Positions 1-13,700 of a stretch of DNA of 64,000 nt are shown here, piece after piece. The DNA is taken from assembly GCA_964106645.2 (NCBI GenBank), contig OZ067038.1; one strand, given 5' to 3'. Origin of the DNA: Podarcis pityusensis. Its lineage: Eukaryota. Under the pieces are notes generated by a model. It made no database searches. It was not told where the DNA came from and saw only the letters and a program-made list of their open reading frames with translations. Made by a program: the position numbers and the translations under genes. Every line of letters begins with the position of its first letter. The first letter of the stretch is position 1.

Positions 1-3000
1 TGCCCAAGTCAGTAAGCTGGAGCTTGGACCAAGGTCTCCCCAAATCAATCAAAACACACATACAATTTGTGCAAAGATTTTGGTTGGGACATTTGGAAAT
101 AGGTTTCTTGAGGTTGGGGAATTGTGGGAAAAGGTACTGGGGAGGCTAGTATGAGGAATGGAGGAAAATGGAATAGGTAAGAAATTTGCAGTTGTGGAAG
201 GGAATTTAGGGCTGTGAAGTTGAGTGGTAGTTGCAAGGGAGAGATCTGGTAAAATGTAGTTATGCAGTGGTGATGGAAAGGCCTTGCAACAGGTAAAACT
301 ACACAGTGCATGTGTAAAAGATCAAAGTTGATATGAGCAATAAAGCATTTGAGAATGGTGGATATTTGGTTGTGAATTCCCTCAATGGCCAAGGATTATC
401 CTATTTTAAAGGAGGCACAGGTGTGCAGGGACATCCCCTACAAGTTGGAGTCATTCTGAAAAGAGCAGCACTTCTCCCAGAAGTAAGAGCAGTGTGAAGG
501 AACACTGAGATGAATTGCTAATTGATAGTAGGTGGAATGTGCATTAAGATTGTATGACTGTCTGGATCACTACTGCAGCCCCAAAGTAATTCAGATGGGC
601 CTTTAAATGTCATCTGACTTTTGGATTCTTGGCCCTATCTTCTGAAAGTTAAAAAAGAACTGCTAGATACCTTTAAAACCAGCAGATCTCTGGACACCAT
701 ACTTTTGCCCAATTTTGGTATCACTCTCTAGCAATCTAGAAGCTTCTGTCTGGAAACAGCAACAAATCATAAAAGCAATGTAAATCCTTCTTTTGTGGTC
801 CTTCATTAGTATGAGAAAAGTGGCAATTCTAAATATTCTTTCCTGGGACCAATTTTCTGTGCACTATGAAGGGAGGCAGATGACTTTAAAATAATGGACC
901 CTGAAAGCTTAGTCAAAGAAACTCATAACATCTTTGCTTCTTCGTGTAGATCTGTAAAAAATGTGAGATGACATGAGTGATTTAAAAGATAGGAAAGCAT
1001 GGGAAACTTTCATTTGCTCCTACTTGGCACTACCATTACATTTTGGAGCAGTTTTCAATATCCTTTATAAACAAATCCAGAATGGTGCCTCAAGTTATAA
1101 TTATTGTTGGGAGTGGAAGGATGTTGGGTCCAGACGTCTAGTGAAAAAATGATTGCACCCTCCTGTAGCAAACTTTTGCTTATCTAATTGTTAAAATTCA
1201 TCCCAGATGTCTGGGGGTAAAAAACTAAGTTCAACACCCTTCCCCCTGGATTACTTGCTTATTTCAGCAATAAGAATCTACTTTACAGGGAGTCAGTACT
1301 GGGCTCAGCAGGTCAATGGTCTACTACTTTCACTGGCAGAGAAATTCTAGAGTCGCAAGTCAAAAACTTTCCTAGCCCTAGTCCCTGAGACTCTTAACTG
1401 ACGATAGCCGGGACTTAACATTGGACTTTCTACATGCCACACATGTACTCTGCCAATGAGCTATAGAGAAGAGTATAGAACAAGCTGCATGCATGAGTCA
1501 GTAGTGGGGTTCCCTCCTTGAAATTTGTCTGTCTGAGACTACTGCTGGTCTGCTGGTCTTGTATGGATGAAATTCTGTTGCCCCTGGCCACAGTGCAGTC
1601 ATGGATTGATTAAGTCCCTGGTGGACCCAAGAAGGCTTCGCTTTGAGGCATATTTTGTGGTGTCTTCTACACTTGATCTAACAAGGATTGCAGTCACAAG
1701 CTTAGGATGTGGGACTTAACATTGGTTGGGTTTAGCGTCATGTAGACTTCCCTCTTAAAGTATAAACAGACCTCTCCCTGACGCACGGGTGGTGCCAAGT
1801 GCGCCTCCAGGACTTGGCTTGTGATAAACACGGACTGCTACTAGCAGCTGCAGATAATTGGAGACTCGCCCAGGAGTGTTTCTACTTAGAATTTGTGCAC
1901 TCACTGTGTACAACCCACATGGTTCATACTATCCCCAGCTTGGGCCTGGTAGCTTAGTAGTAACCCCTGGCAATGTGCCAGGCTGGGAGTAAGCCCTACA
2001 AGCTGTGCTCTTGTTAAGCCTGCAGTGGATGAGAACTGTAGTGCTAGCACATTCCTTGTTTTCTGCCTATCCTGCCTCTGCGCACACAGCAACATTGAAC
2101 AAGCCCGTGTGGTGGAATCCAGCATACAGCTGGGGGGGAAAACATCCTGTTTACTCTTGCAGACAATGAGCTGACTGTCAGCAGAGCAGATTCACAGGCT
2201 GGAGTCAAGCAGGGGTTGGTAGTACACTTCCAGAGACTGCAGTTTGTGGAGATGTTAATTTAAACTAGAAATGTTTTTTGTTATAATACTTAATAACAAT
2301 TTAAGAGAAGGGAGAAAGATCCTGCCAGAAAATATTTTCTCATTAAAAGAAGAAAAATTCTCAAACAGTAATATATACAGGGCTAGAAAGAGAAGAAAAC
2401 ATAACATAAAAGAAGCCAGCAGCATATTTTTTAGGTACCCGCCATGCTCGGGCTAATATATTTCAAATTACTAGGTGCCACCAACATCATTTTTCTAGTT
2501 GACTGGATGCCTGTAATTTTTAAACCTTTAATTACACAGAGTACAGGTCTCTAAACTGTACACTCATGGTCCGATGCATCGAAATCCAGGGCCTATAATA
2601 GATTTCAGTTGGAAGCTGTATACAAGACTTTCAAGGATGTGAACTTCTGTCAGTGATAGCTCAAATAGGTAGAAAATAAAAAGGAACAGGGGTGCGCATC
2701 CCATTCCCACAATAAGCTTTGGGTGAACAGAAGAGTATATTTTGTCAGAGTGCATTAATTCATTTCTTGCCCAACACTTTCGTTCAGTGTGTTTATGTCA
2801 ATAATAGGCAAAATGTGTAAAAAAAATTAGGAACTTGGTGTTTCCACCTCAAATTGTGGTTTGGGCCACCCCAAATCATAGATCCACACATGCAGGAGAA
2901 TGTTATCTAGAGATGACAGACTCATATCCAATGCAAGTTTTTTAAACACAGGACACTGTCAAATGTGTTGGTCTAAGCCATTGCCAATGATAGCCAAACA

Positions 3001-3638
3001 CGCATAGAAAAGAATAAAGAACTGGGGAAGGGATGCAATAAACTTTGGTATATCACAAATCATACACCCACATCTGCAGGATGGTACCCTCTATCGGACA
3101 GCATAGAATCACGTCAGGCCCAATGCTTTTTGGAGTGGCAAGGTGCTATCAGTTGCATGGGTCTACACCAATAATTGTCAAAATATGTACAACTCTACTG
3201 CTGGATGTGTGAGTATATGGTTTGGTGGTTCCTAAGTTCCATCTTATTTTTTTACACATTTTGGTTGTCGTTGGCATAGTTTCACACCACACAGTTTCTT
3301 GTGTCCAAGCACTGTGTTGCTAGACCAAATGCAATTTGGGTATAACCATTGTGGTGGTCCAAAGCAAGTTTGGGTTGCACAAACCCAGTTCCTTATTCTT
3401 TTCTACATTTGTTGGCTATTAATTATTTGTTATATTAGAATAATATAATTTCTAAAATTGGCTATCATTGGACTACCTAAAAATTTATAATCTGACATAA
3501 ATTTTATGGATGTCATTCTTCATGAGATAGGTGCTGCAGCAGAGTGACAGACAGTCATTTTGGAAAATAGCTTCTGCAGACATGTGCCAATGTGCACATG
3601 ATGTTTACTGATGTTTCCTCTTTCTGAACTATCTTCTA

Positions 3639-3978
3639 CAGTGGTGCCCCGCAAGACGAATGCCTCGCAAGATGGAAAACCCGCTAGACGAAAGGGTTTT
3701 CCGTTTTTCGATGCGCTTCGCAGGACGAATTTCCCTATGGGCTTGCTTCGCAAGACGAAAATGTCTTGCGAGTCTTGAGATTTTTTTTCGCTCCCCCCCC
3801 CCTTTTTCTAAGCCGCTAAGCCGCTAATAGCCTTTTAGCAGCTAAGCCACTAAGCCTTTAATAGCCGCTAAACCGCTAATAGCGCTAATCCGCTAATAGG
3901 GTTGCTTCGCAAGACGAAAAAACCGCTAGACGAAGAGACTCGTGGAACGGATTAATTTCGTCTTGCGAGGCACCACTG
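3639..3978. mobile_element. Tc1/mariner (pogo/Tigger-like) MITE, family A
   Basis: TIRs CAGTGGTGCCCCGCAAGACGAA / TTCGTCTTGCGAGGCACCACTG, TA target duplication on both sides, internal TAAGCCGC repeats. A second copy is at 47673-48209. Confidence 0.9.
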
Positions 3979-4034
3979 TATGTCATCCAAGTGGAAATTG
4001 CTTTCAGTAATGACTTTCCTCCTGAAATTTATTA

Positions 4035-4276
4035 CAGTGGTACCTCGGGTTACATACACTTCAGGTTACATACGCTACAGGTTACAGACTCCGCTAATCC
4101 AGAAATATTACCTTGGGTTAAGAACTTTGCTTCAGGATGAGAACAGAAATCGTGCAGCGGTGATGCAGCAGCAGCAGGAGGCCCCATTAGCTAAAGTGGT
4201 GCTTCAGGTTAAGAACAGTTTCAGGTTAAGAACAGACCTCCAGAACGAATTAAGTTCTTAACCCGAGGTACCACTG
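4035..4276. mobile_element. Tc1/mariner (Tigger-like) MITE, family B
   Basis: TIRs CAGTGGTACCTCGGGTTA / TAACCCGAGGTACCACTG with TA TSD. A close copy is at 12254-12478. Confidence 0.9.
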
Positions 4277-4360
4277 TATAGGACACTGGTCTATAGTGTT
4301 GGACTTGGACCTTGAAAACTTTGAAATGTACTCTAGCATTTGGCACAATATGGCCTAGAT

Positions 4361-4496
4361 CAGACATAGGCAAACTCGGCCCTCCAGATGTTTTGAGACT
4401 AGAATTCCCATCATTCCTGATCACTGGTCCTGTTAGCTAGGAATGATGGGAGTTGTAGTCCCAAAACATCTGGAGGGCCGAGTTTGCCTGTGCCCG
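4361..4496. mobile_element. hAT-type hairpin MITE (136 bp)
   Basis: Nearly palindromic (GGCCCTCCAGATGTTTTG...CAAAACATCTGGAGGGCC) with 8-bp TSD GCCTAGAT at 4353-4360 and 4497-4504. Confidence 0.9.
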
Positions 4497-4716
4497 GCCT
4501 AGATCAATGGCCACTGATGAGTGCCAAGGCACCTGCAAAGGCTTTAACTGATGCCCCAGATACTGAGCTTTCATAAGTAAGTAAGTAAGTCTGTAGCCCT
4601 CCTAGAAAGGAAGTTATGGGGTAAAATGTGCAGGTACTTTCTCAGCAATTTCTGTGAAATGAGTGAGTGTGAGATGGCCTCTTTTAACTTATGTCTTTGT
4701 CCCTGTAACTTTCCAG

Positions 4717-7700
4717 GCTGTTTTCCTCCACTTCGTTGCGTCCTCTATTCCTCCTCAGCATGGGCTTTATTGGTGTTCTCCTGTTGGAGAGATGGAAGCC
4801 CCAATTCCTTTTGGATTTCTCAGGTAAGTGAAGTAGTGAAGGTTGTACAAGTAAAGGAAGTGGTGTAGTTCTGGAGCAGGGATAATCTTGGTTGATTTTG
4901 CACTCTTGCAAGTTCAGTTCATTGCTTCCTGTCCTGCTGTGATTTCCTGCTGATCAAGCCTTGAACTAACAGTTCCCCCCTTTTTGCTGTACTACACTGA
5001 ATAAAAAGTAGCAAGTAATTGGAGTTCTTTGGACTAAAGACACTTGGTTAATATTTACTGGTGTTTCCCCCCCCCCCATCTCTTTGCTTCTGCTCATGTT
5101 GAGAATGCACATTAGAGCACCTTTCTGTTTGTTGAGGGCAGTCATGTGAGAAATGCTGTTTGGCTGAAAGATTAAATGTAGCAATTTGTTTTGTACAGTT
5201 AGATCTTAAGGAGTGTGGATGTAACTGCCTGCAAGTCTTAACAAATTTTGGATTAAATAGGTGGTATCATGAGTGCCTGAGTGAGAACCAGGCAACTATG
5301 TGGTGTTGGCCTACAGTGTCTAATGTCTTTCCTTCACTGTCCTCAAGAAAGATACCCCTGATGAGCTCAGCATGTGGAGCACCAGTGGCTAGCCTTTTGT
5401 TGGCCCAAGGTCTGTATTTGTTCTTGACCAACCTTCCAGGGGTCCCATGAGAGCAGTGAGTGTAACCAGAAGTGAGTCACCCCACTCTCTCTTTTGCACA
5501 CAGAGAAACAGCTTCCCTTCTCAATTGGAAGGGCAGATTACCAAAGGGGGCAGTGGTTTAAATCTCTCCACTCATTGAATCATTCCTCGGGGGGGGGGGG
5601 TAAATTGTATCCCCATCTTCATCTCAGTGCTGCATCTACTTTGATTTCTTCTTCTTGCCACTGCCAAATTGGTGTAGTTTTTGTAAGCCATAAAAATTTG
5701 CTTGGGGGCGAGATCAGGTCCCCACAATGTGGGGTTAGCCACTCTTATGGTAGAGGCTGTGTCTTTCCACATGGTGGAATCTCTAATCAACTCTTTTTAG
5801 GACACTTTTTAGGACACATATGAGCAACAACTTGCAGAGTCTGGTTTTCATTAATTAGTATGTATGAAAGAAGCTGATCACAAGATGTTAGAGGGAGTCT
5901 ATTGTCTGGATTTAATATTGAATTGACTTAATCAGCCCTGCTGTGCCCAGACATCAAACCCTAAACAAAATACTGGCAGGGAGTGGTGTAGAAAAACAGA
6001 GACCTAGGTGCCCTGTTCAAGCAGGACTTGCAAAAACATTGCAGCCCAGAAAATTGGATCACATACTCCTCTTGTTCAGTAAGGTGTATCATGCCAGTTT
6101 CACATTGTGATTTTTGGAAGGTTTCCCATGTCACAGAATGATGCAAAGCACCAATAATATCACTCTTAGCAACGGATTTCTGCTTTAATCTTCCTGTGCT
6201 GGAGGAATTTCCTTTAGAGTAGCAGGATCAGCATCATTTTATTTTTATGTTAAATATTACTTGAGTTACGTTAAGGCTGTTTTGTTCCAGATAACTGCTG
6301 GCAAAGAGTAGAGTTGCTGTGGGGTTACATAAGACAAAATAGTAGGCCAGCCATGGTGAGCTGAGGGTTATTTTCTTCCTACTTTTGTTAAATGACCTGG
6401 TGAGCAGAACTACTATCCAACTTGGTTTATGTAAGTTCAACTGACAAGCCACCTATCCAAGAAGCATCTAATGTTGACCCTCATAACTGACACAGTCATC
6501 CTGCTTAGATCCCAGGCGGATTCTGTTGTGATCCTTATGAATCGTATTGGAGCTGTATCATTAAATAGGAATGCAGCTTTCTCCCTGTTTGAAGGACCAA
6601 GAAGAGGAGTTCTGAACATGATGAACATTTTTCATATGCAGAATACAGCCAAATTCATAGAGAGACTGTACTGAGAAATTCACTGTGGATTCAAGGTTAA
6701 TAATTTGCTGTTGCAGTGGACTGAGATTTCTGTGTGATCTTTCAGGCCCATAGGACTGCTACACAAGGTGAAGCAATTGTTAAGTGAGCAGCACAATGCC
6801 CCTGCCAGAGCTAACAAAGTCAAAGGCTGCATTAGCTTCCTTGTTGGTGCATTAGGAGGTACAAAACGGCCTGGTGTAAACAGTTGCGTTCCTGCTGCTC
6901 TAGTACATGATGCCTGGATCCTGCACTCTGGCAAGCAATAGTACTGAAATAACAGGAAAGCACAGTAGCCCATGTATTTGGAGCTGCCGTAAACAAACAT
7001 TACAGCCAGGCTTCTGTGTTAACAATAGTAGCTTTTCACACTCCTGAAATGGGCCCAAGATTTTTCATGTGGGCAGTGGCTGCTGCAATGCCTGAGTACC
7101 CACCAGAATCTCTGCTGCCCGAGGAAGATGGTGATTGGCTCCCTCTGTTAGGGCTGATTGCCTGGAATCTGGGTCACAGACTTAACAAGATTGCTTTCCG
7201 CCGCTCCACTGCTCTATTCACCAGCCTGTCAGCTCTGTGTATGTGGCCCAGGGGAAAGCCCTGAGCTAGCCCCAAGCGCTGTAGCTTGTACAGACTGTGT
7301 GCAGCTGACTGCACATTATAAATAACAGCATAGCACGTCAGCTACACTAGATAGTCATATCTGATGAGCTTTGAATTCTAGCTTCAAATCTCTAATGCAA
7401 AAGAGCTTATTCACACACCTTCTCTACAACTAGGCTCAAACAAAGGTCACATTTTAAGGTGCTCCGTGGGTGGCTTTGTAAAGCCAGGGTTTCTTTTTTA
7501 CTCACATAATATATTTGATTGAAATTTGGAAGAAAATACAAAGATTGATATCAGGTATCTTTTTATCAAGACTAAAAAAACTATCCTAAATAAAAACACA
7601 AATCAGAAAGAAAAGGGGAAAAACAAGATGAAGAAAAAAAGAAGAAAAAGGGGGTGTGTGAGAAAATGAGAACTTCTGATTCTTCATCTGTCAGCTATAT

Positions 7701-10700
7701 GTAGAAAATTATTCAACACATCCACTCCAAGATAAACACCCAACAAATCTGCTTTCAAGAAACCAAAGCCAAGGTTTCTTCATACTGTGTTCCAAGGCAA
7801 TCCAACTTCTACATCAAGAAAATTCCAATCCTGTGCCCAAACTCAGTTATTCGAGTAAATGTGTGGTTTATGTAGCACAGGCTTCCTCAACCTCAGCCCT
7901 CCAGATGTTTTGAGACTACAATTCCCATAATCCCTGACCACTGGTCCTGCTAGCTAGGGATCAAGGGAGTTGTAGGCCAAAAACATCTGGAGGGCCGAGG
8001 CTGAGGAAGCCTGATGTAGCATATACCTTCTCAGTTTTGATTACATCTGAATCAGTTCAGGAAGTTTGTTCAAAGTGCTGACCTCTTTGATGAGTGTGGG
8101 GTGTACAGCAGAGGAAAAGCCAAATGCATGTATAGAAGTGTGATTTGAGGTGACATTGGAATGAGGACACAGATACTTTTGCACCCTGGAACTTTATGTG
8201 ATCCCCGTCTCTTTCCAAAGTGTATATTTAAACACAAGAGTCAGAGAAACGCTTGTGGAAATAATGCAAGAAGCTACCTGAGATTCTCACATATCACATT
8301 TGGTACCAACAACCCTGCCCAGAGCACCCTCCCCACCTATTTTTTGAGTTTGCTCAGACTTTGGCGATTGCTTACTGGCAAAATATCTTACTATTCAAGC
8401 CTGTTGGCCAGAGCTATGAGAGAGAAAGTTCCTCAGCAGAGGTGGGCTGTGCTCTGTTTCAGAACTCCCCCTTCCCCAGTTGCAATTTTGTCAGTTGGAG
8501 TATGTCTTGGGACATCAAACAATGCAGATCTTCTGTAGTTGTGTGTGCGCAGCTACATAGAACATGATAGCTCTGTTGGTTAGAGCATGGTGCTGATAAT
8601 ACCAAGGTTGTAGGTTGGTGTTATCAGCGCCCTGCTCTAACCAACAGAGCTATCATGCTCTAAGTGCTGAAGGCCAGGCTGTTGAAGGAAGTAACCTCTA
8701 GCATTTAAACTGTCACACTTCACTTACTGCTTAGCTGAATTATATTTTTCTTCTTTCTCCTACAGTGCAGCCATTGGAGGAACCTAGAGGAGACAGGTAG
8801 GTTTGCTCTGTATTGTCTTCATAGTGGAGATGGTTATTGCCACCCTTCTGCCTTGCCTGCTCTCTTTTACTCAGTATTTTGACCTGTGTCATGACCTGAA
8901 AAGTCCTTCCCCAAATGGGTTTGTAGGGCTCCTTACTCATTTCCCTTCCTTAATGGGGTCAGGTTTGGTTCTGTTTTCGGTTTCTAGAAATTGGAAGAGT
9001 CGGATGGATGCCTTCTTCTCAGGATTTAATGGCATTTCAAGGCCAAGAGGAGGCGCTCAATTGTAGTCGTCACCTACTGGGTGGATGTCTGTCCTGAAAA
9101 TGCCACCTGAGGCTTAGGAGGTATGGGGTTCCAATAAAGGAATGTAGGAAGGAATTAACAGCTGTGCTGTGGCAGTCATTTCATCAGCACAAGCTTTTCA
9201 GTTTCTCAGACAGAACAATCCCCCATCTCCCCCTGCCCCTGGTCTGGGAGGGTCTCCCAATCTTCCCCGTGCTGATTTCCCTGTGGGGAGAGAGTCCTAT
9301 TCCACAGGCAGAGGTTCTTGTGCAAGTCCCTGTTAGCAGGACTAGTAAGTTGAATCCTTCCCCTTTTGGGTGGGCTTCACCTAACCAGCCCTTTTGGTGA
9401 AAGCCCTGCTCAAGAACTTTGCTTGTGGCTTTCCCTCCTCTCTTTCCCTCACCCCACAAATTGGCTCTGGGGGAGTTGGAGGAACTAATGAGGGAAGAGG
9501 CAAGCTGGATTATTTACACATATGGGACAATTGAAAGAGGTCAACATTTGGCCATAACTTTGTTCCACAACAACTTTGATAGCTTTCTGTTAATACTGCC
9601 TGCAGGAAGTGATTCTCTGTTTCTTGTGGCAAGCATACCTGGAAGGTCTAAAGTACTGATACATTGTTTCCATCCCTGTAGTGACAGTGAGATGGCAAGA
9701 GCGCAGCCTCACCTGTTAAGTGTCCCAGAGCTCTGTCGTTTCCTGGCAGAGAGCTGGATTACCTTCAGATTGTACCTTCAGGAGCTGCTGCAATACAAGA
9801 GGCAAAACCCTGCTAAGGTAAGCTGGGAGTCATCAGGCCCTCTCCGGAAAAATCCTGGAACATGACTACTTTCCCCCATGGTGCCTTTGGGCCGTGGCTT
9901 GTTAATACATACATACATACATACATATTCAAATACATTTATTCAAATACAAATACGTATTCACAGTTGCTCCTAGCACTTAGGGATGCTTCACACTGGA
10001 TTATTTTTCTACATGGATATTGCTTCAGTTTAAGAAAGGATGTGCATACACAACAATATGTGGTGTAAACGTTGTATTCCAAACAGCAATTTTACGGGAA
10101 TCTAGTATTCTTCACAATACATGTGGAAACAAAAAATGGGAATAGGGTTTTAACCAAGTATGCCAATACAGACAAGGTACAGTGTGTTCCTGTTCCAGAA
10201 ACTATCCTGAGAAAAATAGCTGAGGGCAGACATACCCTTAGCCTGCACATACGTGTTGATGTTTCTTTGTAGATGTCACTTCTTTGTTTCTTTTTCCTCC
10301 GCTGCCACCCAGTTATGTTTAGTAATCCAAAATGCATAATGTGATATATTTGTATTGCAACTCTGTTCTTTCATTGCAGAGGTGCATTTCTATGTGATGG
10401 CCTCATTCCTGCATTGAAATGTGAGATTGTTGCTTGCAGCAGTTGCTCCATATAAGCAGTAAATGAGCAGTTCTGGCCCTGAGCAGAATTCAGATTTTCT
10501 TGCTGTAGTGTCTGGGATTTATGAGCATAATGGCAAGCAGCTCTTTCTATTGATTAATTAATGGCCTGTCCTTGGAGGAGAAAGCATTACCTTATATTAT
10601 ATAGTCAAGATCATTTAAAGGGAAGGCAGGTAGAGAGGGGAGTAATGTATGGGCCTTATTTTATCTCAGGATGAGGGAAGTCCTGAAATCTGTTCTGATG

Positions 10701-13700
10701 GGAAGTTCTGCTTCTGCACATGAGTCTGGCAAACCGCTCTAAGCTGAAGCATTCCTTCGTCACCCACCCTAGAATGTTTAGTTCACATTGAGTTCATGAA
10801 ACATCGTACCCTGACCTGTTCTTAATGCATGGTTGACCACATCTACGGAATGCGATAGTTATGCTCTTTTAAGTTTTGCAATATCAATCACTAGTAATAG
10901 TTTAATAAGGAGGTTTTCATACCTGTCCAACCATGTGTTCCCTTTCCCAACCTTTAATCTATTGATGATTAATGCCTATATGCAACCCTTGCATTGTATT
11001 TGTGTTAACCAATCAGCAACAAGCACATATGTGGCAATGCTGTAATATTCAATAAAAGGGACTCCCCGAGACATGATCGAGAGATGCCTCCCATATGACA
11101 CTTGTCATTCGTCTGTCGTTTATTTCAACCCAACACTGTTCCAGTCACCTTTTGCCAGTGGCAAATTTCTTCCATTTCCATTGACAGCCTTAATAGTGAA
11201 TCAAACACATACTCCTTTCAGAGTGTTGGGATTGGCATAGAAAAAGTCAGGCTTTTTCCTCTTGTAGTCAGCTATTTGCCCATTTGTCAGTTACTTTCAG
11301 ACATGCAGCTTGCTGTTGCAGGTAATTCTGGATCCCCACCCGGCTCTGTTATAACACTACCTGGCAGCAGCACCCGGGAGCAAAAGAGTAGCCAATCATT
11401 CTGGCATGGCAGATGCGCAAAGCATGCAAAATGGCTGTGTGGGTGAATACAAGCAGTTATTAATTAAAACAAGGCTCTCTGGGATTGGGGGCGTCTCTTG
11501 AGCCATTGCAAAGGTGGCTTATTGGCTGTCCTGGGAATGCTTCCACTGTGCTAAACCTTTCTTCTCTATCTTCTTTCGCCTTGTACTTCCAGTTTTGTGC
11601 CAGAGTCTGCTCAGGATGCTTGATCTTAGCGATAGTAGGACACTATGTTCCTGGAATCATGATTTCCTACATTGTCTGTGAGTATAACTGGGCTGTTTTA
11701 TCCCTTAAAACTAGACATGTGACTTAACTAAGCATATGCCCAGGATTTTCCTTTATCCAGCTCATTTAAAAGAAATTAAAAGCACATAATAGTTCCGACA
11801 CCTTGTGGGGAACAGGGACATAGATTGAATTTAATGAGGCGCAGCTGGTGGAGGGCTGGACACTGAGTATCCTTTGGAAAATTGGCTGCCTCTTTGTCTC
11901 TGAGAATATATGCTTCTAACACTTTCTGGACTGTCTCCAGTGCTCAGTATCTTGCTGTGGCCGCTGGTGGTGTACCATGAACTTATCCAGAGGATGTACA
12001 CACGCTTGGAGCCCATTCTGATGAAACTGGACTACAGCATGAAGGTGGATACCTTGCATCTTAAACACGAAAAGAAAAGTAAGACAACAGCTCCACAGTA
12101 CCTGAAATGCATAGCTTTTGATGATGGGATGCAGGATATAAGTCCCAGGAAGTAAAAATTAGAAACTGGGATGGCTAGCTAGGAGCAATCCAGTGGGGTG
12201 AGGTCCAAAATCACTGGAGATGGCTGGATTTTAATGTGCAGTAGTGTCCAGTACAGTGGTACCTCGGGTTACAGACACTTCAGGTTACAGACTCCACTAA
12301 CCCAGAAATAGTACCTCGGGTTAAGAACTTTGCTTCAAGATGAGAACAGAAATTGTGTGGTGGCGGTGCGGCGGCAGCGGGAGGCCCCATTAGCTAAAGT
12401 GGTACCGCAGGTTAAGAACAGTTCAGGTTAAGAACAGACCTCCAGAAAGAATTAAGTTCTTAACCCGAGGTACCACCATACTGTGAGGAAGCACAGTCTG
12501 TATGAAGCTTCTGATAAAATATTCCTCTGGTCCTCTTTTTATAGGACTAGTTCCACTGATGTCCCATTAAGCATTTTGTATATGTTTTCTAACAGAGCGT
12601 CAAGGAAAGAGTGAGCCCGAAGCTGGCAATGAGCCAATGGCAGAGACTGAAAGTGAGAGTGAGGCGGAGCTGTCTGGGTATTCTCCAGTGGTAAGAGCAT
12701 GGGAAGGGATACATGTTGGTGTTGAGCTTCATTCCCAAGAATTCATTTCTTTCAAGTGATGTGAGTTTGCCTGCAGGGTTGGAAGGTCTGAGATCTTGTA
12801 CTTGTTCCCTTCATAAAGGCTACTGTATTCAATCTGACTTAGGAACTTGCAGGTTTTGGAGGGCCTTCTTCCCCCACCCTCACCCCTTTGGGCCTTGCCT
12901 TATCTTCTCAACACTATTATCACCAACTGCTCTTTTTTGTCATTGTTACCACCTATGTGCTTGCTGGGCAAAGAGCCAGTGAACAAGCAGGTATTGGCAT
13001 CTCCTTCTCACTTTCCCAGTGGTCTTGGCCAGAGCAAAAGGCGGGTGTACAAGGAGATTGCAATGATGAAGAGGCAGAGAAGGTCCAGTGGTGGCTCGTC
13101 AGTGGTCCCACTCCTGAAGTGTGGCCCCTTAGCAGATCCATCCTGACCCTTGATGCCTGTCCTGGAAACTTGGCATGATATACTTCAGATTCAGGGGGAC
13201 AGAGATGAGTGGTCAGGTTGGCATTGTTGGGGGCATCTCTCTCCAAATTCTCCCTCCAACTTCTGACTCTCCAACCTTTCTTTTCAGAGCCAAAATTACT
13301 CTATCTCTCAGGGTTTAGATGGAAGAGTTAGTCTTGGAGGATAGCTCTTCCTCATTATTGCCAGCACTAATTAGATATATAACCAACCTGGTATGTTGGA
13401 TCTGGGTTCAAATTCCTGTTTGGTCAGGGTGGGTCAAGTGGGTTAAATGTTTAAGACACAACAGCATGTCCAATTTTAAATCTGGAAAATAAGATGGCAG
13501 AATCCCAAGTCACTGATTCCTCTACAGTTAATCTTACAACTAATTTTTGTAATTGGAACAGCCGTCTTTTTGATAATCCATGCATTGTTTCCATTCAGTA
13601 AAAGGTTAATATTTTTAGTGCATCCCTCTTTGAAATCCAAGTTAATATTGGCTCAGACTCTGATGGCAGAGATTCTAGGCTAACAGGTGGGACCTAGTGG

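Noticed and set aside
45-392. 115-aa minus-strand ORF near the window start
   Set aside because: No recognisable domain or splice context; probably decayed repeat sequence in RETREG2 intron 1.
4515-4566. Box C/D snoRNA (TGATGA...CTGA)
   Set aside because: Too short, imperfect box C, no terminal stem and no recognisable guide sequence.
8566-8616. tRNA-Ile gene
   Set aside because: The acceptor stem and T-arm/B box are missing; it is a truncated SINE-type head.
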